A DNA stretch of 63,171 nt, counting the filler, from Intoshia linei (lineage: Eukaryota > Animalia > Orthonectida), in the NCBI GenBank assembly GCA_001642005.1. It is 4 parts of 4 records of this genome, joined end to end, with 100 filler letters (N's around TTAATTAATTAA, not from the genome) between each part and the next. Parts side by side here need not be neighbours in the genome. Positions count along the whole stretch, not along the records: positions 23,357 to 44,801 come from LWCA01000646.1; positions 44,902 to 56,868 come from LWCA01001137.1; 2 more parts are not named here. The stretch is one strand, 5' to 3'. The notes under the pieces are model-generated. The model did not search any database and was not told the DNA's origin. It saw only the letters and a program-made list of their open reading frames with translations. Both the position numbers and the translations under genes were made by a program. Below are positions 39,601 through 52,569 of this stretch, in pieces (position 1 is the stretch's first letter; every line of letters begins with the position of its first letter).

Positions 39601-40033
39601 AGCCACGTTTTACATTGTGATATCATGAATGCAGACAAGATCGACTCCGAAATACTACTCGTATTATTTTTTCCAAACTTTAATCGAAAACTTACGATCC
39701 ATGTGATATGAATATTTATATCATGTGATTAGATCAGTTTTTAAACGTCAAAATTCACGGCCCTAGGCAATGCCGAATCTACCGTACTGAGACTCTCTTC
39801 GGTGGCTCGAAAAAATTTTTGTAAAATCTGGCCTCATTTTTCCAAATTGATCATTAAAAAAATTATATTCTTGAATATGATAACTATTTTGTGTTGAATT
39901 TAAAATATCAAGTCAATAGTCTTAGAAAGGTCGTTAGCAGCTAGATGACATGGTGCATAGTATTTTAATATTAATAAAATAAATTCAACGCAGATATTAC
40001 CTCATTTTCAGAGCCATCTCTCATTGAATCCAT
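27619..40033 (-). CDS. Long coiled-coil protein of unknown family (many short exons; model approximate)
   Basis: Chain of AG/GT-bounded E/K/Q/N/L-rich exons from MDSMRDGSENE (40033) through ORFs 30092-30439 and 29484-29738 to DEFEERLVQFFQDLIK*. Not all phases verified; could be two genes. Confidence 0.55.
27891..28223. mobile_element. hAT MITE with intact 8-bp TSD
   Basis: TTTTATAC at 27883-27890 and 28224-28231; TIRs CAAGGGTTCTCAA and TTGAGAGCCCCTG. Confidence 0.88.
28315..29196. mobile_element. TA-flanked Tc1/pogo-type MITE containing nested hAT MITE(s), copy 2
   Basis: TA|CAGGCTAATTCTTCGTTAACGGAA...TTCCGTTACATAGGATTAGCCTG|TA; nested element 28379-28907 with perfect TIRs CAGTGGTTCCC/GGGAACCACTG; a further hAT-like end CAGTGATTCTCAACC at 28514. 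Confidence 0.82.
32230..32345 (+). mobile_element. Helitron family internal/3' fragment
   Basis: TTCCACCTGAAAAAAATTTGGGAACCACTC...AAGTTAGATTTTCAACGAGAATTTATTTTTTTGGTATAATAAAAA matches about 17050-17165. Confidence 0.65.
32536..35410 (-). pseudogene. Decayed intronless ~950-codon ORF of unknown origin (candidate endogenous viral or foreign element)
   Basis: Five tandem same-strand ORFs (103, 62, 157, 117, 278 aa) plus linking frames join into one continuous peptide via about six frameshifts and four stops; no introns are needed. Confidence 0.6.
38473..38592. mobile_element. piggyBac-type MITE (120 bp)
   Basis: TTAA flanks; TIRs CCCTAGAACTACC and GGTAGTTATATGG. Confidence 0.72.
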
Positions 40034-40132
40034 ATCCAATTTACTTTAATAACGTTGGTAAGCAGAGGATAAACATTTTATAAACAAACCAAAATATATT
40101 TAAAATTTTATTAATATAATGACACTGTTTAT

Positions 40133-42215
40133 TCATCTAAGTATCGTAAAACCAAACACTGAAGACAATGCTTCCCAGTAGAAAGTTCTCCATCCACATT
40201 TAGTTTGTTCGTAATATTTTGATGGGATTCCAGTTTGATTTATATGCAATTTGGTACCGTTGCCTTCGTCTTTTAAAGTAATTTTAACATTGGATACTAC
40301 ATTTTCCGGCCAATCGGATAATCTCCACTCCATTTCAATGAATGCATTTTCAGTCTAAATAGAATTTGTAAAAATTAAACGGAAATTACAAGTTTTAAAA
40401 ATTTTCCAGTAACCATCGCGTTATATAATTGGAATAAACCATTTTCTACCGGATCAGATTTTGCAACACTACGAGAAAAAATTTGCATTTCCTATTATAA
40501 AATAAGATACAAATAAATTTCAAAAACCTGCTGCCTCGTAAGGACTCTAAATAAATCTGAACCTGAGCAAAGGAAAGTAACAGAGTCAAGCAACGAATCA
40601 GTTTTTTGAGATTCGCTCGTGTTATTGACATGTTTCAATTTATCTGGATTTTTATATGTTGGTTTAGTAGTTTTAGGTTCCTTTTTCAATGTATTATGCG
40701 ATGGCAATATCATACCATCTGTGAACTCTAAAATTAATATTTATAATTAAAATTAAATTGATGAAAAATGAAATATAAAAAATAAAAATATAAATTACCT
40801 TCTTTAAGTTTTTTTGTGTACACATTTAGTTGATCTTTAATTTTAATAAACAATTTGGATCTGATATAATTTTTGAGGTCATACCAATTTTTATCCTCCG
40901 TTTTTGATGAAACTTGAATCTAATACAAAAATATAATATTTTTAATTTGTAAATTTACATCCAAGCCATCCATTTCCAAATCATCGAAATTGGGAATAGT
41001 TATGGTACCATTGTATTCACTATTATCATTCACAGCTAAATTTATAAAATTAAATTAAGATTCATTACCACCAAAGTCGAGCCTACCATGCTCGAAACCA
41101 CCGAAGAGTATAGGTATGGGGGGTTCGCCTCTGATTACACAGTAAAAAATACAAACATATCACAACTTTGTTACATTTTAAAAAATTAAAAAATTAACAC
41201 TACCGAAAAATTTAAATGACAACTTCCAATCAAAGAATACTAAAATATTCCCCTTTCTGTTACAAGCAGTAGCATCACCATCCATTGAATCAATTTCTTC
41301 AATTTTTATATAATCTAAATTAATTAATTTTACAATTTCAAAATATTCAAAAGACAATTGATATTAAATTAATATTCCGCTGACAATTTTACACTCAAAA
41401 TTCGAAAATAATAAATTAAAATTAAAACTCACGCGAATCTTATTTTAAGAAATTTTATGTAGTTTTGTAAACTACACCTTTCAAAATGAAATTATTTTTC
41501 AGTGCATTTATTTGGACAGACTTGACATGTCAGATTACCAAAATTTATGTCTTGTTTTAGGATATCTCCTTATTTTATGATAAAAAAGTTATTTTTCCCA
41601 AAAACATGTTTCATATATTCTGAAATAATTTGGGAACCTGTCATCCCCGTAATAATAAAAAATTACAATTATTTTCTTTGACGTCAAAATCTTTAAATAA
41701 ACCCTTCATAACATCACGTGACCAATTTGTGGCATCTTTTTCCGTCCTAGATTATAAAATGTATAAAACTAATAAAAATGACCACGCCCCTGGCTATATT
41801 ACACAATTTATAATACGATGATTGTAAATTTGGTATTTTTTTGATATATAGACCAGCGTTTTCTAAATGCCGGCACGGAGACCAGTATTGGTATGCGAAA
41901 TAATTTTTACCAATTGGAAGTGAATTTATTACGTTTTTATCAATTTTTTTTTAATGTTGTCACTGACAAACCAAACCATGAATAGGTCTAGTTGTCAGTA
42001 ATTTCACCTTAATTATAAAAGAATGAGGATTGTCATAGCACCTAAAACCAAAAAATATAATGGGCTCACAAGCATTAAATCTCTTTGAAAGTGTCTGACT
42101 ATAAAAAAATAAAAATCACTAATCTATAACGTTACCAATGCCAATTGTTGCAATTCTTAGCATCTGGCCTTTCTTCAACAATCCACCTATCATCTCCTTC
42201 ACCCCACTTTGCCAT
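40133..42215 (-). CDS. AHSA1: Activator of Hsp90 ATPase (Aha1)
   Basis: MAKWGEGDDRWIVEERPDAKNCNNWHWTEKDATNWS, CNRKGNILVFFDWKL, and C-terminal MEWRLSDWP...QTGIP...GWRTFYWEALSSVFGF. Confidence 0.96.
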
Positions 42216-42586
42216 ATCTAAAAAAATGCTATATAATCGGTAGGTTTAAATAAATTGAATCGACAATTGACTCATTGTGTATTCATTTTGAACATGGTCC
42301 ATGTGGACCCCAAGGCTATACAAACATTTAAATTTTATACATTTTATGTAGTATAAATTATGATAAATTTCGTTTCTAGGTAATATAAATACGTATTTCT
42401 ACGTATAAAATATAGGCATTGGTTAAACTATCTTAACCAACCTTTCAATTCCTGTGTCAATATGAATAATCAAAATTTATCATTTATAAAATCAGCAAAA
42501 TTTCAAATTTCAAAAATGCATCTATAAACTTGAATCTAGATTAAAATATAAAAATTATTGTCAAACATTTCGTTTTCAATTTTTAA

Positions 42587-42999
42587 CCCTTACGAGACAA
42601 TTGCATGTATAGATGACAAAAACTACTCATAAATTTACATTGGTTTGTATACAAACCAAAATAAGGTGGTACCAATATAAATTATGAACAAATTACTGCT
42701 CATACAATAACATGTAATATGCGTAAAAATTAATTTTATCATCAATGTTTTATTTTGTGCCAAAAATAAAATATATTCTAATAAAATACAATCACGTGAG
42801 TCACTTGAGGTGATTGTAATTACGTATCATAAATTAAATACATTTTATTGCTAATTCTAAGCCAAATTTAAGTTGTTCACGTTACAAATCAGTGACATTT
42901 GTAATTTCAGAATTTTAAGCTTTAAATTTTAGTGTTTCTTAACATTTCAAAAGTGAAATTTTTTGTTTTCAATTTTGAAAATCAGCAGTCTCATAAGGA
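42587..42999. mobile_element. piggyBac-type MITE
   Basis: TTAA flanks; TIRs CCCTTACGAGAC and GTCTCATAAGGA; a related right end occurs near 45870-45887. Confidence 0.7.
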
Positions 43000-43514
43000 T
43001 TAAAACATTAAATGGTCTACAAAATGTAATGGAACATCTATTTAACCTTCAAAATGAGATTTATATAACTCTTGAACTAACAAAAAGTGACTATTACTGC
43101 TTATTTCATCAAAATTAAACTGATTTAAATCAAATTACTTTTAGAGTACAACTTCGATTTAAAACAAATTTCAGAAACTTAACTTTCAGAAAATTGTGGT
43201 TATAACAGATGACCAATTTTTATTCTACAAAAATAAACAAAGTTTCGACCCGATTTATGTCTTGAAATACAAATAAAATATAATTGGAAACTCTTACATT
43301 AAAAAAATTATAAAAATACAATAAAAACATACCTATAATTAGAAACTGTTTGAAAAAATACCTTATGAATTTAATAAACTTTAAATTGTTTTATTATATT
43401 GCTAATGAATAGTTTCCAATGAAATTTTAATTTACAGTAAATTTATATAAATGTTAAGACTTAAATTTATTTTAAATTTAGTTTTCTGTTAACTTTATTT
43501 TAATTATACTTTTT

Positions 43515-43990
43515 TTAATAATAATGATTTATTGAAGTAAGCAATTTGCTTGTATACAATATATATTGCTTTAAGTAAGTTTTTTTAAAATTAACTTTTG
43601 TGGTTTGCTTCTTGAAAACTGTTAAGGATTTGACTGATGTAATTGCTTTGGGTAGTTGGTTCCAGTGGTTCGTTATTGGGTTGTAGAACGAATTTTTGTG
43701 GGGATTTGTCGCAAATCGTTTTTTAAATATTTTTTCATTTTGTCGGGTTGTTGTGTGGTTAAATTGGATAGGTGAGATTATGTTTGAATTTAGTATTTTA
43801 TGTATGAGGTTGAGGTCCATGAGTGATCTATGTTGAAGTGACATTAGAACGGAATAGATTTTTTTGTTTATAGATTCGAGACGTTTTATATTCTTCTTTT
43901 TTAATGGGTTATAAACTTGGCTCGCATATTCGATTTTTGGTAGAATAAATAATTTAAACAGAGAAAGTAGATATTTGGGGTGTCGCAAGG
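43515..43990 (-). mobile_element. 5'-truncated non-LTR retrotransposon (CR1/L2/Jockey-like ORF2 C-terminus)
   Basis: LFKLFILPKIEYASQVYNP...KRLESI...SLQHR...F.N.ITNHWNQLP...VF(K) motifs typical of the region after the RT domain. Confidence 0.8.
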
Positions 43991-44119
43991 CAATAGTTTT
44001 TTTCGTGTGTGGACAAAATGTCCCTGACTGTGCTTGATTTATAAAATATATGAATATAAAATATATGCATTCAAACGAATATGTAGTGAGACGATTATAA
44101 TTAATCAGAATATTCTTAA

Positions 44120-44535
44120 ACTAACCATATTTACTGAAAACTAACCATTATTACTGAAATCTAACCATTTTTACTAAAAATCAAAATTTACCAACCTTTA
44201 AGGGAAATATCCACTTTTACAACCCCTAAGGAAAAATCCCAATTTTACCAACTCTTATGGTAAAACCCACTTTTACCTACCATTAATGGAAAAATTTGAT
44301 TTTAAAAGCCCTTTAGGGAAAATCCCAATTTTATCAACTCTAAAAGGAAATATTCCAGTTTTACCAACTCTAAAAGGAAAAATTCGGTTTTAAAAACTTT
44401 TTAGGGAAAAATCCACTTTCACAAACTCTTAAGGAAAAATCCCAATTTTACCAACCCTTATGGGTAAAACCAACCTTTAATGGAAAAATCCAATTTTACC
44501 TAGCCTTAAGGGCATAATCCACTTTTACGAACTTT
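44120..44535. repeat. Composite minisatellite (~20-bp x3, then ~30-bp x ~11)
   Basis: Units like TTTTACCAACCCTTAAGGGAAAAATCCCAA; same family as 19146-19340 and part of 20850-21240. Confidence 0.85.
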
Positions 44536-44801
44536 TAACTTTTTACTGTCCGGTGTTCCATTAATAGAACACTAGATTTAATACAATATAGTACTAAGTT
44601 ATATCATGCTTCATTATTATAAAGATGAAATTTGGTAAATTAAATTCTCCGCTTTTTCATGAAATTGACATATTTTTATTTTCATAATTAATTATATATA
44701 CAATTAACGGTTGAATCTAGCTGAAAAAACATGTAAAAAAATAGATGTTTTTAATTCTGAATGTCTCAATTTTAGCAGCACGCACAACGCGTTCAATGTG
44801 T

Positions 44802-44901
44802 NNNNNNNNNNNNNNNNNNNNNNNNNNNNNNNNNNNNNNNNNNNNTTAATTAATTAANNNNNNNNNNNNNNNNNNNNNNNNNNNNNNNNNNNNNNNNNNN
44901 N
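44802..44901. other. Artificial assembly spacer
   Basis: N-run/TTAATTAATTAA/N-run, 100 bp. Confidence 0.97.
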
Positions 44902-45192
44902 ATAATTTTGTTAAGTTTATAATATTATGAGTTCAACGAATTTAAAAATAATAAATTTAATTCATCAATTTTGAGAATATTTTATTACCATAGATACTAT
45001 TTATATTTCTTAACTATTTTGATACATAGAATTGGACGAATTTAAGTTAAATATATATCATAGATAAGTAGTTTTGGCTTTACATTTAACACCAAATAAA
45101 CTAAAATTGATAGTACGTATTTAATTTAATTTAACAAACAAATATGAATTAAATTTGTTTAGTTTTTGAATAGATAGTTTCAACTTTAATAG

Positions 45193-48100
45193 TTAATTTA
45201 CTAACATTAATTAATGTCCAAATTATCTTTCGCAAAGTTCAATGGTCATTATTACACCATTTGATTTTACAAAATATGAAAATATTTCGGACATTTCTTG
45301 TAAACTATCAAATGATGGAATCATTTCAATAATCGACATTTTTAAACGTTTTATAAATTCGCATAAATTGAAAATTGGTATTATTTAAATTTATTAACAC
45401 AACAATGGATTATTAAAATTTTTAATATACTAACTGAGAAATGATAAAATGAAAATTTTAAACTTCATGAACGCGGAGGTTTTTTTGGATAAAAATTAAA
45501 AATATTAATATCATTCTGCAGCAAATTAAGCGGCGCTCATTTTCTATGTATTATTTTTATATTAGAAAAATGNATTATGTACAGTTTAATTATATTAAAA
45601 ATATACAATTTATTAATTCAATAAGGGTAAAGATGGGAACATTTTATCTAATCCGTAAAAACTGAAATATTCCTTCATAAAGTAATATTTTATTGTTGAC
45701 ACTATGTAAACATTAATAATAAAATTAATTTTTTAATAAATTAATTGACATATGTACCGCCTTATTTTTGTTTGTATGCAAACAATTTAAATTTTTCAGT
45801 TGATTTTTTTTGCATGCCGGCAAACAATAGTAAATTTATGATTGTACTTTTTTGCATGTATACGTGTTATTGTCTCGTAAAGGTTAAACTTCAAGACGCG
45901 GGGTTTTTTTTTGGATAAAAATTAAAAATATTAATATCATTCTGCAGCAAATTAAGCGGCGCTCATTTTCTATGTATTATTTTTATATTAGAAAAATGGC
46001 ATAGTCCTATTGTACATTGTACACGCTGCTCTATGCTAAGTGTTAATACATTTACGTCGAAAATGGGAGAGAATATTGGCCATGGTGTAGAGGTTGTAAT
46101 TAAATAAAAATTAAATCAATGGTATTTAATAAAGGGGTTAATCAAATTTTTTTTTGCACCGGTGAGTAAGAATTGGAAATACGACCCATGTAGGCATCTA
46201 AATGTAAGCCTCTACACCAGGGTTTCCCAACAAGTGGGCTGAAATTAATTAGATGACTAGAAACTTAGAAATTATGTTTTTAATAAATGTAATATATAAA
46301 ACTTGGAATATATGTGGGGTTGCATTACTTTTTATTTTGTTTTAGTTTGTTTTACAATTTTAGCAAATACTATTAATTTCATACATTGTGTAAACTTAGT
46401 GCTGCAAAAGATTTTACAATATGTTTGGGGAAAGATTTCTTGAATAGTTCATGTAAAATAAAAGAATCAAGCATGAATAAGGTTTGTAGTATATATTTGA
46501 AGTTAAACACATTATGTCATCAAACCTGCATTCAAAACCCATGTAAAAATGGTGGAATATGTGTAAATATACCTTCCTATAACCTTATATATACTTTCAC
46601 ATACAAATGCATTTGTTCTAATGAGTACGAAGGAAAACATTGTGAAACACACAATGGAAATATGTCCACAATCCAAGAAGGTATATAGCTTTAATAAATA
46701 TTGTAGTAATGTCGAATTCGAGTAGCCATTAAGTAATCGTCCCTCTTTTTTGTATTCTAGCATCTATTTTTTATAGTAGAACACGTTTTTTTCATATTTT
46801 GGTTTTGTTAGTAATCAACAATAATAATCATTACAATATTTACAGGAGTTTTCAAACTTTTTGTTATCACGCACCTGTTTTTTCACATTAAATTTTTGTA
46901 TGACATTACATTAATATGAATACTAAAATGCTTTTTTGACCGTGAAGTCGTCGCTTATTCAGATTGAAATTTTTTGTGTGTGTTAACAGGATACAACTGT
47001 ACCACCTATTTTCATTAAAAAAAGAGGGATAATTTTTGATTTTTGCCCTGAAGATATATTGTTTTTAAATTTAAATTTATGATTTTAAAATCCGTATCAG
47101 CGTATACATTTTTTTAAATTTTCCAACTTGTTTGATTTTCAAAAAAAAAGAAAATTAGGATTTTTGACCCGTAGGATGTGAGTTTGGGAGATTAAAATTT
47201 ATTTTGCTAACACTCCCGGAAAAAACTGTAATTGAAATGTGGACTTTATAAAATTCTAAGAGTGGTAGTTATTTCAATAAAGTAGGACACACACAAACAA
47301 ATATTGCGTAGCATATTATAATATGCATGAAATTATAATATCATGATTAATAAATGTATTTTGTGTCAATTAGACTCTAAACATCTTATATCAAAAAAAA
47401 GCCATCATATGTTTGAAAACAAGACTATCGGTAAGTTATATTTGTATTAATAATAATTAATATGTACATTAGATTTCAATCTTCAAGTTACGCTGAACAT
47501 GGAATTTATTATTAAATACTATACTTTGAATGACAATGAAACGATAAATTTTATTAAAACATTAGAAACAATCGTAATTTTTATATAATTTTATAATATT
47601 GTATTAAAAATTATTATAAATATCTGTAATAATAGTTATCTGACATTCACAAAGAAGAAGTAATAGTTACATATTTAAGGTTATAAAATTATTTAAACAT
47701 CTCATAGTATATTAGAGCAGGTAGTGTTATTGTAGATTACACTATGAAAGACGTATTGGTTACTGGTCAAAAAATTGTCAATTACACAACAACCATTCAA
47801 AATTTCATAAAAACTCAAAAAATCATTGTAGTTAATGGAAATATTGTTAATATAACAGATGCAAAACTTTTCATTCAAACTGAAGGTGATTGTTATTTTT
47901 ATTTATACAGTTGATTTTGCCTATATAAAAATTGTTCAATACAAACTCCTCGGCTAGGTACAAATGTCGAATGTCATTATTTTCAAAATGAATGTTAAAT
48001 TTTATAATGCAGTGGTCTCAAACTGGGGCCCAGTTACTGGTTGTGCATTTAATTAAATGAAATGAAATTTAAAAAAATTTATAAATTTTTTTAACAGGTA

Positions 48101-51100
48101 TTTTTGATATAATCAAATTTTCCCACACTATATGATTACATTTTGAGCCATGGATTTAATTTGTCTGCAAAAATACTAGTTTAAATTAGAATGGCGAGAA
48201 TGGGGTTCAAATGGGTCAGAGCTAACCAATCATTAATTTTCTCACAAAAATTTTGAAAATTTTCTAAAATCAGAAAAATAATTCAGAATTAACGCAGTAA
48301 ATGTTTATTTTTTTGTAGTTATTGATATTATGGAGTCCTGATTATTCGAAAATTTAAAAAACCGGTTATTGAATAATTTCGGTTATTTGAACAACGATTA
48401 TCCGATTAATCGGAATTTAAAATTTTTAACATAAAATTCAATTATAATCAAAAAAGAATTCCATCTTTTTACATCCAAAATTAATTTCAATTCTTTTTTA
48501 TGTGTCAAATAACATAACTTTGTAGACAGTAATTTTTTACATATGATTTGCGAAATAATCTCACAATTTTTCGAATTTTTGATAAATTTTCATAAACTAG
48601 AGAATGTATGATATTTTCATCACTATTTTTTTCATATGTATCATTACATGAATATTTACTATTAGAATTAAAAAATAATGATTGATTGATTGCGGTTATT
48701 GAATATAAGACATCACACACAGCTAAGTGTATCGTATGGGAAAAATAAGTTTGATGTAAACAATGTACTATCCTTCATAATTTCATCATTACACTGGCTC
48801 CATCAGTTCTGGCACAAACGATGTCTTTATTTATGTCAAGTCCAAATTCTAACATTTTTTCCTTAACAATTCCAGTATATTCATCAAGAGTGAGACTGAA
48901 CATGGTTTTATTTTGTAAATCCTGAAAAATTAGACTATTTGATATATTTATGAAATTTTTGAAAATCCGATTATTTGAAATATATTCAGATTATTTTTCT
49001 CCGATTATTGTAAGCGATTAACCGGGTTTTGGATTAATCGTATATCATTTCCTAATTGATATTCCGCCAGTCAAAAGTTTTTGAGCAACACTCCATAATG
49101 CAGATTAAATTTAAATTTGTGGGAGGATAAATATTCACCGATTTAAAAAACTTAATAATCAATTGTTAAAATCAAAACGGTCTCCAAATTTTGGATTAAA
49201 AAAAAATTTTCAAATATGCAAAATCGCTTTTTCTAATACAGAAGAGAGGAAACCATTATGTTCAAATTAATGTTCAATATCAAATTGCTTAAAAATGGGT
49301 TTATTCATTTATTTTACAGAATTGATTATATATTATTAGATCTATATCGGTATTAGTTAGATCACCGTTTCCAAAATTCCGGTTCGAGAAAAATTTTAAT
49401 ATTTATATTATAATATTGTTAATATAATATTATAGTGATATCACTCAATAGTCAATTTATTAAGTTTTTTATTAAAATTTTTCATGGGTCAGTACTTGTC
49501 CGCGGAACGGCATTTGGGAAATGCTGGTATATAATTTGGTCTATGCATTATATAAATATGATTATTATGTATATTATGACATTGAATATTCATTATTAAT
49601 CTTTAAAAAATATTAATATAATTATGTAGATTACAGCATAAACTTGGAAAATACAAATAATTTGTGTCTACTATATAAAATAACAAACCAATGCAAAAAT
49701 AATTCAACATGTCAATTAACCGACACTATGGCCCATTGCGTGTAATTTTCAGGATAATTATATTAATATCTAATCATCAGTGTGTCTCAAACAGTATACC
49801 GCGGCTAAATTTTCATTAATAATATCATTTAGTTACATATTATAAATGTATAATATGTATATATAGTCAGGCCTCTCAACACCAAGGTGCATCGCCATTA
49901 TATTATCATTATGTTACTACTTTAGTAATAATAATAATTATTAAAAATAAAAATTTTTCTGTGTAATATCTGGAGATACATGTAGGAAATGTAATTTTTT
50001 CTTAAATTCTGGAACTATTTTTATTTTTTGTAATTTAAAATTATGACAATGTTTACAATCTTAAAATCTATATTAGAGGTATGTTTAAACTATAGGACTC
50101 ATTTGATTTTAAAAAAAGGATAATTAGCGTTTTTGATCGGTAAGATGTAAGTTTCTTACATTGAAATTTATCTTAATTTTAATGTCAGAAAAAACTAATG
50201 GAAATGTGAAATTTTTAAAACTCTAAGACTCTTAGTTATTGAAATAAACGATAACAGACACAGACAGAAAAACAAAGAGTTTTAGTTATTAAAATAAACG
50301 ATAACAGACACACACAGACAAATAGACTATCAGTGAGTTTTGTATAAGTTATGATTCTCATTCTTTTATATATTATTATATTAATATGCATCTTAAAGCA
50401 ATTTCTGTGATAAGTTCACTCTATTATTTTTTACTTTAAAATTTATTTGAAGGAGACAAATTAAACACTAATTATTGAAATTAATAAGCTTCCATTTTCA
50501 ATTTAGTATGAATTTTTGACAATATTTTCAGTTTTTTAAAGGACGGTTAGGCAAAAGTGGGTGGTATTTTTTGATTTCAAATATTTTCATATAGATACTT
50601 GTAACATACACCAAAATTGCTCATCTTTGCATTGGGCTATTTTTGTTTACTTTAAAAAACGTGTTTTTGGACAGGGTTATTTTGATAATTTGTTAATTTG
50701 AATATAAATAATAACGGGTATAAGATAATTCAAATTATCGAAAGTGTCACTTGTTACCCCTGGACACCAATTTCCGTTCCATAATGTACATTATATTAAT
50801 ATTATATACATGAAAATTATATTACGAATAGATGTTTTCCTGGATACACGGGAGAATTCTGCGATAAAATATCAACTGAAGATTTTCATAAAAACAAGAC
50901 ACATACAAACAGTATTAGTAACAGAAACATGTTTATTATTTTTGGTTTTGTTTGCGCCGCTGTTTTGTTGATAATTTGTATTATCATGATTTGCAAATTT
51001 AAGAAACAAGCAAATCGGTAATTAATTAAAACTATCATCATTTAAAATCCCCATTATTACAAAATTGTACCCTTTCAATATCTCACTATGTTTTTACACC

Positions 51101-51559
51101 TCTCCGTGTACAGGGCCGTGGAGCTCAGCAGTAAGCCGGTCAGATGGAAATTGTAGGCCATATAAAAAAATTTAAAAATAAATATTGGAACCTCATTGAT
51201 TATCGAAATTTTGGTCTAGTTAAGAAATTTTTTAACATTACTTATTAATAAATTAAAAAAGTAGGCCTTCATGATTGTAGGCCCGGGTAATATGGTCTCT
51301 ATCCACATCCCTGCGTGTAGTAGCTGCATAGTAACTTTGTAAATCCCACTTTTTGATAATAATATCATGTACGCCAATAATTATTACAATAAATGTATCT
51401 ATCTCAAATCCGAGTTTGGTGGATGATATATCAATATATCAAAAATAGACATATTACGTTATTCTTAATTAGTAATTTACATAAAATTATATTGACCACT
51501 TATCAAATGATATATATTTTAGAAAAAGTAAAAATAGAACACCTTTGAATAAACTATAA
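45193..51559 (+). CDS. Single-pass membrane protein with EGF - SEA - EGF - TM architecture (5' end not resolved)
   Basis: CIQNPCKNGGICV...CICSNEYEGKHCE (EGF); RAGSVIVDYT (SEA cleavage motif, near 47717); CKNNSTC...CVCFPGYTGEFCD (EGF); TM FIIFGFVCAAVLLIICIIMIC; basic tail ending NKL*. Confidence 0.75.
47030..47330 (-). mobile_element. Helitron family 5' fragment
   Basis: Reverse complement starts TCATGCATATTATAATATGCTACGCAATATTTGTTTGTGTGTG and is collinear with 16380-16560. Confidence 0.75.
48330..49054 (-). mobile_element. Internally deleted hAT transposon (inside a hAT MITE at about 48010-49092)
   Basis: FSLTLDEYT, CARTDGASVM, FSHTIHLAVCDVLY, KIVRLFRKS, LILDVKRWNS; subterminal CCGATTA/CGGTTA repeats on both sides. 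Confidence 0.82.
50100..50354 (-). mobile_element. Helitron family degenerate 5' fragment
   Basis: Reverse complement A|TCATAACTTATACAAAA...CTGTGTGTGTCTG, related to the 13867 and 16380 5' arms. Confidence 0.6.
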
Positions 51560-52569
51560 ATATCAATATAAATAAATGTAGTACATGTACTTGTTGATTT
51601 TAAAACAATTTTGCCGAGTATTTGTGTAGAAAAAACGAAATAAATGTAAAAATTTTATTATACACATGTTATATGATTATAAAAACTATGATAGCTTACA
51701 TTTAATGAAAAAAATTTCCATACTACTTATATCCACATTTAACGTTTGGTAAAGAATACAATGCTCAATTTTATTTGATTATATTAAAAAATGTACTAAG
51801 CATTTTAAAGATTGTAATAAAAATAATAATTAAAAATAAAATAACTAGGCAGAACAATAAGGTAATACATAAGCGTTTCTTTTAAATACTAACATTAGGA
51901 AGTCCATAATATTTGCTGCCAATAAAACTAATAAAGCTGCAATTTCTATTAGTTATATTATTCCAATTACGATTTTTACAATATTTAGTATAGAAAGAAT
52001 AATCATATACTTTATCATACGGAATGGGTGTCTAACCGGCATTTGTTCTGTTTATTCAGGTTTCTAAATTAATAGTGAATACATCGGGAACACAATGATT
52101 TGTTTTGTTTCTATAAAAATTTGTGTTATAAATAAAGTCTGAATTGCTGCACTTTTTTACCATTCGTTTTGGTTCAAGATATTCATGATGAAATTCTAGA
52201 AGAAAAGTAAAATAGAATTTATTATATATTAAAAGATGAAGACAAATACAAAGTAAGTCAATGCTTGATTTTTGGTACGAGTAGTTTGTTTATTGTTTTA
52301 TAATAGTGGATAATTTTAATGATATTTATTGTGAATTGAATTTTTTAAATTTTGAAATGTAGTTGCGAATTTTTAGAATGAATGACCGGCAGATCGAATA
52401 TTTAAATTTTGAGAATATTCTCGATTGAATGAATAGTGATTTGTTTATCTTTATCTTTTTTCAATTTTTCAGTTTCTTAACATTTTCGCAGGTGTTCCTT
52501 TACAATGCTTTCCAGCGATTGATTCAAGTATTTTTCCTTATTTACATCACTATCCAAACGAATAACACT

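Noticed and set aside
45459-45998. Near-identical ~110-bp direct repeat at about 45460-45572 and 45886-45998
   Set aside because: The first copy ends exactly at a single N (45573), which points to an assembly overlap or allelic join (with and without a TTAA MITE) rather than a true duplication.
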